64,000 nt of DNA from Euryarchaeota archaeon UBA256 (lineage in GTDB: Archaea; Thermoplasmatota; Poseidoniia; Poseidoniales; Poseidoniaceae). Positions 45,392-53,944 of the stretch are shown here, piece after piece. A program made the translations under genes and the position numbers. The stretch is taken from contig DACE01000033.1 of NCBI GenBank assembly GCA_002494645.1, positions 79,024-143,023 of the forward strand, written 5' to 3'. Each line of letters opens with the position of its first letter. Within the stretch, counting starts at the first letter, position 1. The notes beneath the pieces were generated by a model. The model was not told the DNA's origin, ran no database searches, and saw only the letters and a list, made by a program, of their open reading frames with translations.

Positions 45392-47719
45392 ATGGTTGAT
45401 GATGAAACCTCGTGGCAAGAGACTTCTGAAGACCCATCGAACCAACCAACGGGCGATGATTTATCCACGGTTGATGATGCGATTCAAGCTGTTCAAAATG
45501 AACCGGAACGTATTGAAGAACCCGAAGTCGTTAAGCCCACTCCAAGCAATCTCATCCCTGAAATAGAAGACATTGAAGACACGGATGAAATGGTCCAAAT
45601 CCTTCTTACAGTTGGAGAAGAGCGGTCGCGACGTGATGAAATTAAAGGCGCATTGGCGGCATTTAACAAAGCAATAGCGTTGGATCCATCATGCGACATG
45701 GCATGGTTTAATCGCGGTGTACTTCTCGAGGCTCAACAAGATGCTCGAGGAGCCCGCCAATCCTTCCAAATTTGCCTGGACCTCAATGAAAATCACGCTC
45801 CTGCTACCGCCAACATGGCTATTTTACTGGAGCGTATTGGTGACCTTGAGGGAGCATATGAGATGGCTGTAAAGGCACTCAACTTCTTCCCCGGCCATCC
45901 TGCATTGGTTGAATTAAAGGTTCGTTGTAAAAACAGTGGCCTGTCGGTTCCTATGGAAGCGATGAAGCCATCCATTGAAGTCGTTCAAGACGTCGATATG
46001 AAAGTCGTCACCGAAGTCGCAGAGGCTGCTGGAATCGATAACCCAGAAGACTTGTTGCAAGAAGCTGTTCATCATGACCATGATGATGACGATAGTCTCA
46101 CAGTTGAGGAATTGCAAAGTGCAGCAGAGGTGGTCGTTGCACAACAGGAAGTAATGAAAGAAGTCGTTGCTGTCGATGAACCTGAAGTCGAGGAGTTCGT
46201 TGAGGCACCGGTTCAAGAAGTTACAAAGGAAACTGATCCTGATATTGAACTTCTCGTTGAAGAGGCTACAAATCTGCTCAAAGACGGTGAACCCAAACAA
46301 GCACTCGCATTGTTAAAGCCACATCTCAAAACCATCGGCGCCACGCACTCAGGTGCATGGAGAATTGCAGGTGGCGCTATGGCTCGTCTTGAACTCGACA
46401 ATCATGCAATAGCAGCAATGACACATGCGCAAAACCTTGAATCTACTCACGCTCCAGGTTGGTTTAACCTCGGCTCAATTCAACAAAGAAATTCAATGAT
46501 GAAGGAAGCGATGCATTCCTATCAAAGGTCTCTTGAGGCTGATTCCACGTATCTCAAATCTGCAGAGAAACTCAACGCATTATCTCGAGAGCATGGATTC
46601 ATCGAAAGTTTCCTCAGCAGCTCTCGCCAACTGTTATCGATTGAAGCCCAGCATTCAGTTAGGGAAGAATTCATTGACATGCTACTCCAACTTGCCCAAG
46701 GAGAAAGTCAGGTTCTCGACCAGGTCAGTGGATTACCACCAACTCTTCCCGCTGGACCCGAGATGGCGAAGGAAGCTCTCTCTTACCTCGGGGAAGAGGC
46801 TTCACCGCGAAAGGGCCTCGCCTTATCCCTTAGCCTACAGCATGGGGATGCAGTTCTCGTTTGGAAGGCCTTGATTCAAACCGATGGGCAGAACGCCGAA
46901 TACTGGCTCGGTTTGGCCCGTGCCCTTGAGCAGGCCGGAGATTTAGAAACTGCTCAGAAATGTCACGCCAAAGCACGAGCACTTTCTGGAGATGATATGG
47001 CACAGCCCGTACCAGCCATAGAGCCAACACCAATTCAGGAGGCAGAACCTGCGCAAGCAGAGATGCCTCCTCAAGACTACAATGCCCTCCTTACCCCCGC
47101 CGCTCCAGAACCCGTGAATCACGAACAACCAATGCAGGCTACAATGGCTCCCGAACATGACCTTCTGATGACCCCGGTTGAACCCAAGACCGTTGCTTCA
47201 ATACCTGTTCAAGATGCTGAAGTCGATTTGGCGAAGGCTGCTTTGGATGCTGCACAAACCGTCGCGAGGACCACACCGCAGACTACCCAGTCAAACGCCA
47301 TATCCAATCAAGATGTAGCGTGGTTTAATCAAGGCGTACAACTCATCGACGATAAGAAATACAAAGAAGCCCTATCTTGCTTTGACAAAGCTCTCCCAGC
47401 ATTTGCAGGTGATGATGATATGATTATTCGTATCCTTAACAATCGGGGTAATGCATATTATTTCCTTGAAGAATATCCCAAATGTGTAGAAGCCTACCAC
47501 CAAGCAATGTTGATCAAACCTACAGAGGTGCGCGGAGAAACTCTCTACAACATGGGAACGGCTTATGCAGAGATGGAGCGATACAATGACGCAATCAAGT
47601 GCTTTGAACAAGCCATGCCACGAGGATTGAATGGCGACGCTCAAAAGCGAGCGAAAGATCAAATCCGACGGTGCAGAATCCTCCAAAAAGCCATCGATAA
47701 GAAACGAAAGAGAAAGTAG
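45392..47719 (+). CDS. TPR-repeat protein with acidic and Pro/Ala-rich linkers
   Basis: Several 34-aa TPR units, for example ALAAFNKAIALDPSCDMAWFNRGVLL, CVEAYHQAMLIKP and AIKCFEQAM. GGTGA lies upstream of the ATG. Confidence 0.8.
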   Translation: MVDDETSWQETSEDPSNQPTGDDLSTVDDAIQAVQNEPERIEEPEVVKPTPSNLIPEIEDIEDTDEMVQILLTVGEERSRRDEIKGALAAFNKAIALDPSCDMAWFNRGVLLEAQQDARGARQSFQICLDLNENHAPATANMAILLERIGDLEGAYEMAVKALNFFPGHPALVELKVRCKNSGLSVPMEAMKPSIEVVQDVDMKVVTEVAEAAGIDNPEDLLQEAVHHDHDDDDSLTVEELQSAAEVVVAQQEVMKEVVAVDEPEVEEFVEAPVQEVTKETDPDIELLVEEATNLLKDGEPKQALALLKPHLKTIGATHSGAWRIAGGAMARLELDNHAIAAMTHAQNLESTHAPGWFNLGSIQQRNSMMKEAMHSYQRSLEADSTYLKSAEKLNALSREHGFIESFLSSSRQLLSIEAQHSVREEFIDMLLQLAQGESQVLDQVSGLPPTLPAGPEMAKEALSYLGEEASPRKGLALSLSLQHGDAVLVWKALIQTDGQNAEYWLGLARALEQAGDLETAQKCHAKARALSGDDMAQPVPAIEPTPIQEAEPAQAEMPPQDYNALLTPAAPEPVNHEQPMQATMAPEHDLLMTPVEPKTVASIPVQDAEVDLAKAALDAAQTVARTTPQTTQSNAISNQDVAWFNQGVQLIDDKKYKEALSCFDKALPAFAGDDDMIIRILNNRGNAYYFLEEYPKCVEAYHQAMLIKPTEVRGETLYNMGTAYAEMERYNDAIKCFEQAMPRGLNGDAQKRAKDQIRRCRILQKAIDKKRKRK

Positions 47720-47794
47720 TCAAACCGTTTGAAAGAAGGTTTCATTCTCACTGCAACAAGTCAAGTTCAAAAACAGTGAGCGTCTGCCTTGTAC

Positions 47795-48175
47795 ATGGAC
47801 TGCGGCACGTGTGAGACAACACCGACCATTGAATTGAACGTTCCTGACGAGGTTGACGTCAATTTGACCATGACAGATAAGGCTACGGCCATGCTCTCGG
47901 AAGCTTTTGGAGATGACCGAAGTCACGCACTCCTTGTTGGTGTACTGAGCGGTGGATGCTCAGGTTACATGTACGACCTCCAAATCGTAGAATCAACCGA
48001 AACTCCCTGTCAAGAATTGAACGTTAAGGGATACAGGGTATTGGTGCCCCGTGCTTCAAGCCATCTGCTCGATGGAATTGAAATTGATTATGTTGACAGA
48101 TTGATGGGTGGCGGTTTCAAAATCAGTAATCCTAACGCAAGCGCATCATGCGGTTGTGGTGAATCCTTCGCTTGA
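47795..48175 (+). CDS. A-type Fe-S cluster carrier (HesB/IscA/ErpA family)
   Basis: GGCSGYMYDL and C-terminal CGCGESF, with an extra N-terminal MDCGTCE stretch. Track start 47789 is TTG. Confidence 0.85.
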   Translation: MDCGTCETTPTIELNVPDEVDVNLTMTDKATAMLSEAFGDDRSHALLVGVLSGGCSGYMYDLQIVESTETPCQELNVKGYRVLVPRASSHLLDGIEIDYVDRLMGGGFKISNPNASASCGCGESFA

Positions 48176-48188
48176 CAGGAAGAGATTC

Positions 48189-48836
48189 ATGTTTCGACAC
48201 GAGGCATACATACTTCTTCTTGAAGGTAAGGAAGTTCTTCAGTTCATTGATGGACTTTCCACGAACCTCGTCAACGGAAGGTGTACAACAATTTTCACAC
48301 AGGCTAACGCAAAAATCATTGATGTCTGCGAAATCCTTCCTCTCGGAGAAAATGTGGCCATTATCGGATACCGACCCTACAAAGATGCCTTGATTCATCA
48401 TCTCAAACCTCGAATACTTGAGCGCCAAATAACGATTCGTGACATCACTACGCTCAATCATGTCTTCGTTGGCCCAATACCAGACGAACTCCCAGAAGGA
48501 TCAACACGCTTAGAGAATTTTATGGGTGGTATGGCAGTTATTCCACAGCGTTATCAGATTGAGCAAACTTGGGACGAGACCCGATGGAACGAATACAGAA
48601 TCAACAATCTGATTCCCTATCACGGCGCAGAGATCACTCCAAAAGTTCACCCCTTTGCGTGTGGTTTGGACGCGCTTGTTCATATCAACAAGGGCTGCTA
48701 TGTCGGGCAGGAAATTCTTACCCGAATGCGAAGCCGTGGCAAAACTGGCAAAACCTTGGTTCGAAAAGGGAATCCAGTTTCCAACCCAACGACAATGGGA
48801 GTCAATGAGAGTTTGTGCATTGAGCGTACTCAATAA
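48189..48836 (+). CDS. YgfZ/CAF17-family folate-binding protein (GcvT-like)
   Basis: Signature KGCYVGQEILTRM. ATG 48189. Confidence 0.8.
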   Translation: MFRHEAYILLLEGKEVLQFIDGLSTNLVNGRCTTIFTQANAKIIDVCEILPLGENVAIIGYRPYKDALIHHLKPRILERQITIRDITTLNHVFVGPIPDELPEGSTRLENFMGGMAVIPQRYQIEQTWDETRWNEYRINNLIPYHGAEITPKVHPFACGLDALVHINKGCYVGQEILTRMRSRGKTGKTLVRKGNPVSNPTTMGVNESLCIERTQ

Positions 48837-49768
48837 CCCAGTAATTCGCTCAGTTGGGTTTTGTAGAAATTACCAGACCCCTGAAGTGAGGACAACTCAT
48901 CAGCCGTCAATTCAAGTTCAAAAGTGCGTTCAACACCAGCCGCTCCGATAATGCAAGGTACCCCAATGTAAACATCATCGAGGCCGTATTGGCCAGAGAG
49001 CAAACATGAGGCAGGAAGCATTCGCTTTCGGTCGTTGAGAACCGACTCAGCCATGACTGCTGCTGCAGACCCTGGAGCGTAAAACGCTGAACCGCGCTCA
49101 AGTAATTTCACGATCTCTCCTCCTCCACTAGCCGTACGTGCTGCGATAGCATCAATTCTATCCTGACTCATAAGTTGTGTAATCGGAATTCCACCAACGG
49201 TGGTATATCGTGGAAGGGGAACCATGGTGTCTCCGTGTCCACCAAGAACCATTGGACTGACATCTTCTTCTGCACATCCAAGTTCAAGAGCGATGAAATG
49301 AGCCATGCGAGCACTATCGAGGACACCCGCTTGACCAATCACCCGCTCCGCTGGGAATCCAGTGACCTTCTGCATGTGATAGGTCATCAAGTCAAGCGGA
49401 TTGGTAACGACGATAACGACACTATCTGGAGCGTGTTCACGAATGCCTTGTCCAACTTGGGAAACGATGTCTGCATTTTTCCCAATCAAATCCTCCCGAG
49501 TCATTCCGGGTTGACGAGGGAATCCGGAGGTCACGACGACGACTTCGGCTCCAGCAATATCGTTGTAATCAGCGGTACCAGTAATCCTACCGTCGTAGTT
49601 GAGAACGTTTGCATTTTGTGACATGTCCAAAGCCTTCCCTTTTGCAAAGCCTTCGTAGATGTCGAGAAGAACAATGTCGGCCACTTTCATCTGTGCGAGA
49701 ACAAAGGCGCATGTTGCACCAACATTTCCTGCTCCAATCACTGCTATTTTTCGTCGCCCATTCGCCAT
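48830..49768 (-). CDS. mdh: malate dehydrogenase (LDH-like type)
   Basis: KIAVIGAGNVGAT, VTNPLD and GGHGDTMVP. 312 aa from ATG 49768; I discounted the 64 upstream codons of the track ORF. Confidence 0.9.
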   Translation of the reverse strand: MANGRRKIAVIGAGNVGATCAFVLAQMKVADIVLLDIYEGFAKGKALDMSQNANVLNYDGRITGTADYNDIAGAEVVVVTSGFPRQPGMTREDLIGKNADIVSQVGQGIREHAPDSVVIVVTNPLDLMTYHMQKVTGFPAERVIGQAGVLDSARMAHFIALELGCAEEDVSPMVLGGHGDTMVPLPRYTTVGGIPITQLMSQDRIDAIAARTASGGGEIVKLLERGSAFYAPGSAAAVMAESVLNDRKRMLPASCLLSGQYGLDDVYIGVPCIIGAAGVERTFELELTADELSSLQGSGNFYKTQLSELLGY

Positions 49769-49977
49769 GTAAAACACCCTTTCAAAACTACGAATCCGCC
49801 GCAGTCCATAAGCACAATGGTGCGAAAATATCCATTGAGGGTTGCCGATTTCTATTCTACTTGGTTGAGCATTGAGATGTTCGAACTCATCCCTGTAAAG
49901 CGAGGTATCTAAAAACCTCCTTTCGGTGGGCGATTTGTACCTACCCATATGGTGGGTCAATCCGGTAGGTAGGAATC

Positions 49978-51141
49978 ATGAAACTTGGTGTACCCAAAGA
50001 GCCTGAAGGTGAAACTCGCGTCGGCATCGTCCCCTCGAGTATGAAGAAACTTTCTCGGGCTGGATTTGAAGTTTTAATCGAGACAGGGGCGGGCCTTGCA
50101 GCCAACTACAACGACAGCGATTACGAGGCGGCTGGTGCAACGATCGTTGCTCGTAATGAAGCACTTGCCTGTGAAAATATCGTTGCCATTCAGTTCCCAG
50201 GAGTCGATGGGATTTCCGAAGGGACAAATCTTGCATGCGTCTCAGATCCGTTTCGCCATCCAGAATATGTCAAAGCATGCATGGATGCAAAGATAACACT
50301 CCTGTCGATGGATATGATTCCTCGTCGCCTTTCACGTGCCCAATCAATGGACGTTAATTCAAGTCAAGATAACTTGGCTGGATACAAGGCCGTTCTTCTT
50401 GGGGCAGCTCATGTGCCCCGTGGAATCCCCATGATGACGACGTCAGCTGGAACGATACGCCCGGCAAAAGTCGTGATTATGGGCAGCGGTGTGGCAGGGC
50501 TTCAAGCCATTGCTACCGCCAAGCGCCTGGGTGCCATCGTTTACGCATCCGATGTTCGAAAATCCGCTGCCGAACAAATCGAATCCGTAGGTGGACGCTT
50601 CATTGAGGTGGATGGAATGGATGATTTTGAGGACGATTCTGGGTATGCAAAACCATTGACCCCTGAATTTATCCAAAAAGTGAACGACACCGTCTGTGGT
50701 GTGGCAGCAGATGCAGATATCATCGTAACAACGGCACGAATTTTCGGACGCCCTGCCCCAATTACCGTCCCCTCATCAGCAGTAGCGACTTTCAAATCAG
50801 GTGCTGTTGTTGTGGATATGAATGCTGACGTAGGTGGAAATTGTGAAGATACGGTACAAGGCGAAGTCTTGACAACCGACAACGGCGTCATCATCGTCGG
50901 AACCTCGAACCTACCCGGAACCCTTGCCAACACGGCAAGCATGCTTTACTCTAACAACCTCACAACCTTCTTTACTTCGCTCGTAAATGAGAATGAAGTC
51001 ATCATATCTGATGAAGATGACATTTTGGTTGGAGCACCTGAAGGCTCGGATTTCTATGTCAACGGAATGGGTGGTGTCCTCATCTGCAAAGACGGGGCAA
51101 TGCATCCGAAGCAAACACGACTCATTGGGGTGGTCGAATGA
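49978..51141 (+). CDS. pntAA: NAD(P) transhydrogenase subunit alpha, part 1
   Basis: Alanine-dehydrogenase/PNT fold. NAD site VIMGSGVAGLQAIATAKRLGA. Confidence 0.9.
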   Translation: MKLGVPKEPEGETRVGIVPSSMKKLSRAGFEVLIETGAGLAANYNDSDYEAAGATIVARNEALACENIVAIQFPGVDGISEGTNLACVSDPFRHPEYVKACMDAKITLLSMDMIPRRLSRAQSMDVNSSQDNLAGYKAVLLGAAHVPRGIPMMTTSAGTIRPAKVVIMGSGVAGLQAIATAKRLGAIVYASDVRKSAAEQIESVGGRFIEVDGMDDFEDDSGYAKPLTPEFIQKVNDTVCGVAADADIIVTTARIFGRPAPITVPSSAVATFKSGAVVVDMNADVGGNCEDTVQGEVLTTDNGVIIVGTSNLPGTLANTASMLYSNNLTTFFTSLVNENEVIISDEDDILVGAPEGSDFYVNGMGGVLICKDGAMHPKQTRLIGVVE

Positions 51142-51449
51142 TAACAGAAGCTTCCTTAATTGCTAATTTGACTTTATTCATGCTCGCAATCTTCCTTGGT
51201 TTTGAACTGATTACCAAAGTTCCTGCAACACTCCACACGCCGCTCATGAGTGGTGCCAATGCTATTTCGGGCATCAGTGTGGTAGGAGCTCTGTTCGCTG
51301 CGAATGTTGCGTACGAAGGCGGAGATACGGTCGTTTCTGGCATTCTAGCATTCGTTGCTATCGTACTGGCTATGATTAACGTGGTGGGTGGATTTGCAGT
51401 CACGAATCGCATGCTCAATATGATTGCTGGAAAGAAAAGGAGGGCTTGA
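51138..51449 (+). CDS. pntAB: NAD(P) transhydrogenase subunit alpha, part 2 (membrane)
   Basis: 103 aa with three hydrophobic helices. ATG overlaps the pntAA stop. Confidence 0.9.
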   Translation: MITEASLIANLTLFMLAIFLGFELITKVPATLHTPLMSGANAISGISVVGALFAANVAYEGGDTVVSGILAFVAIVLAMINVVGGFAVTNRMLNMIAGKKRRA

Positions 51450-51450
51450 C

Positions 51451-52905
51451 ATGGAAGAATGGATTCCTATTGGCTATCTTATCTCAGCTGCTCTCTTCAT
51501 TTTTGGTTTGAAGAAACTCGGACACCCAAGAACTGCTCCACGCGGAAACCAATACGGTGCCATGGGTATGTTGGTTGCAGTTCTAACAACGGTCATCAAT
51601 ATTCAGATGACATCTGACGGAGGTGCGAATTGGACGCTCATCATCACGGGCTTGGTCGTGGGTTCAGTGATTGGACTGATCATGGCTATCCGCGTTGAGA
51701 TGACGGGTATGCCAGAACTTGTAGCATTGTTCAACGGATTTGGAGGAGCTGCATCAGCACTTGTCGCCCTATCTGAGTCTTGGAAGTACATCGAAGACCC
51801 AACAAAAGTACTCCCAGTTGGACTTGAGATACAGGTGGTTATGGTCGCTGCTGGCCTCTCTGCTCTTGTCGGTTGGATGACACTGACGGGTTCAATTTTG
51901 GCAATGTTCAAACTCAAAGGTGGAATCTACATCCCATTCTCAAAGAAAGATGATCGGGGAAGAAGGAAATGGCTCAACACTCCAACTTGGGGGCCAACAT
52001 GGCTCAATCCGGTCAAAGTATTGATGGTTCTAAGCGTGATAGCACTGATTTACCTCAGTATTGGTGATCCAAGAGAAACTGATTACCTTTGGGCTATTAT
52101 CGGCATCTCGTGTATCCTAGGAATTGTTCTGGTGCTACCAATCGGAGGAGCTGATATGCCGGTGGTTGTGTCATTGCTCAACTCCCTGTCGGGAATTGCA
52201 GCAGCCTTCACTGGATTTATCATTGGAAATTCTGTTCTTATCGTAGCAGGCTCTCTTGTTGGTGCATCAGGATTAATTCTAACATTCATCATGTGCAAAG
52301 CCATGAACAGGACACTTGCGGACGTTCTGTTCAAATCATTTGGTGGCAGTGGAGAAAAAGCAGAATTGACCCGTACGAAGGTTGGTTCCGATGCTGATGA
52401 AGTCGCTATGATGATCGATGGAGCACAGAAAGTCATCATCGTACCCGGCTATGGAATGGCAGTATCACAATGTCAACATCAAGTCAAGGAATTTGCAGAC
52501 CTCATTTCTGAAAAATTCGATACCGAAGTCAAGTACGCCATTCACCCCGTGGCTGGGCGTATGCCCGGTCACATGAACGTCCTTCTTGCAGAAGCCAATG
52601 TACCGTATGAGCAATTAATAGAGATGGATGAGATCAATCCTGAATTCCCAGATTGTGATGTTGCAGTGATCATCGGCGCTAACGATACAACCAATCCTGC
52701 GGCTCGCAGTGGCGAAGGCCCGCTCGCTGGCATGCCCATCATCGATGCAGATGCTGCTCGCACAGTTGTCATCATCAAGCGCTCGCTCTCTGTGGGATAT
52801 GCAGGAGTTGACAATGACCTCTTTTACATGGACAAAACAATGATGTTGTTCGGCGATGGTAAGGCCATGATGACCGGCCTGAACAACGCAATCAAGGAAA
52901 TCTGA
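51451..52905 (+). CDS. pntB: NAD(P) transhydrogenase subunit beta
   Basis: Multi-helix membrane domain followed by domain III motifs GYGMAVSQ, HPVAGRMPGHMNVLLAEA and GANDTTNPAA. ATG is preceded by AAGGAGGG. Confidence 0.9.
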   Translation: MEEWIPIGYLISAALFIFGLKKLGHPRTAPRGNQYGAMGMLVAVLTTVINIQMTSDGGANWTLIITGLVVGSVIGLIMAIRVEMTGMPELVALFNGFGGAASALVALSESWKYIEDPTKVLPVGLEIQVVMVAAGLSALVGWMTLTGSILAMFKLKGGIYIPFSKKDDRGRRKWLNTPTWGPTWLNPVKVLMVLSVIALIYLSIGDPRETDYLWAIIGISCILGIVLVLPIGGADMPVVVSLLNSLSGIAAAFTGFIIGNSVLIVAGSLVGASGLILTFIMCKAMNRTLADVLFKSFGGSGEKAELTRTKVGSDADEVAMMIDGAQKVIIVPGYGMAVSQCQHQVKEFADLISEKFDTEVKYAIHPVAGRMPGHMNVLLAEANVPYEQLIEMDEINPEFPDCDVAVIIGANDTTNPAARSGEGPLAGMPIIDADAARTVVIIKRSLSVGYAGVDNDLFYMDKTMMLFGDGKAMMTGLNNAIKEI

Positions 52906-52976
52906 TTGGCGTTTCAGTACACGGTGATGAAGCAACATTCAAAGAGAGAGGCCAAGTGCAAAAGACAGGTGAGTAC

Positions 52977-53933
52977 ATGCAGCGCAACACACGATTCATC
53001 ACACTCATCTTCTTGTTCGCCTTGATGTTGGTTGCTCCAGCACTTGGAAACCCCAACGGGCCACCATGGGATAACGGCGGCAAAGACATTGTTGATACAG
53101 GTTGCACATGTCACGGTGGAGGAGCTCCATCGACCGAAGTTGTAGTGTCAATTTCCAATGTTCCAAGGGCGTACAACCTGAGTGAAACATACGAAATGAC
53201 GATCACACTTCAACACGCATCCAATGAAATCGGAGGCTTCGTGATTTATGATTATGGAACCGGCACGTTTACCGCAGGCGAAGGCAGTAAAGTGATGTCT
53301 GAAGAACCGGGAGCACTCTCCCAAAGTGAACCGGGGAATGATTGGGTAATCCAATGGACTGCACCCGCAGAGGATGTGGGGCCAGCAAATTTCCAACTTG
53401 TAGGAAATGCAGTGAATGGGAACGGGAACTTTGACGAAGGTGACAAGTGGAACATCCTCACTTTCACCATCAGCGAACCGGGAGCAACTGAAATAGCAAC
53501 AACTGAAGACGTCTCAGTGAGAACCATCAGCGTTGGAGATTACGACGCCCTCTTTGTTGCTGAAGAAGACCCCGAAGCATTGGAAGCAGAGCGACAAGAA
53601 GCTATTGCAGATGATTTCTTTACCAACGGGAACCTCTACTACTGGGCTACACTTTCCCTCATCATCGTCGCAGCGGTGATTCAAGGTGAATTTTATGAAC
53701 GCAAATTTGGCGGTGGCCCACCCCACCTCGACAAGAGTCTTGCCATACCACAAGGTCTACGACGTGGCGCAATCGCCGCTGGTTTAGCCCTCCTGTTTGC
53801 TTACCTGGTCGATGACGGGCAGCCATGGGGATATGCGCTCGTTGCTGGCATGCTCACACTCTGGGCCGTCTACGGTGTTTACAGAACCATCGTTCAAGCA
53901 AGAGCACCGAAACAGTACACTGACCTCGTGTGA
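52977..53933 (+). CDS. secreted beta-rich domain protein with three C-terminal membrane helices; family not recognised
   Basis: Signal peptide MQRNTRFITLIFLFALMLVAPALG. The ectodomain opens with DTGCTCHGGG. An acidic linker follows. ATG 52977 has AGGTGA upstream. Confidence 0.6.
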   Translation: MQRNTRFITLIFLFALMLVAPALGNPNGPPWDNGGKDIVDTGCTCHGGGAPSTEVVVSISNVPRAYNLSETYEMTITLQHASNEIGGFVIYDYGTGTFTAGEGSKVMSEEPGALSQSEPGNDWVIQWTAPAEDVGPANFQLVGNAVNGNGNFDEGDKWNILTFTISEPGATEIATTEDVSVRTISVGDYDALFVAEEDPEALEAERQEAIADDFFTNGNLYYWATLSLIIVAAVIQGEFYERKFGGGPPHLDKSLAIPQGLRRGAIAAGLALLFAYLVDDGQPWGYALVAGMLTLWAVYGVYRTIVQARAPKQYTDLV

Positions 53934-53944
53934 GTTGACCGACC

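Noticed and set aside
49769-49960. 64-codon N-terminal extension of malate dehydrogenase in the ORF track
   Set aside because: The Rossmann motif KIAVIGAGNVG begins 6 residues after ATG 49768, as in normal MDH/LDH proteins. The extension has no motif and would consume the whole divergent promoter region.
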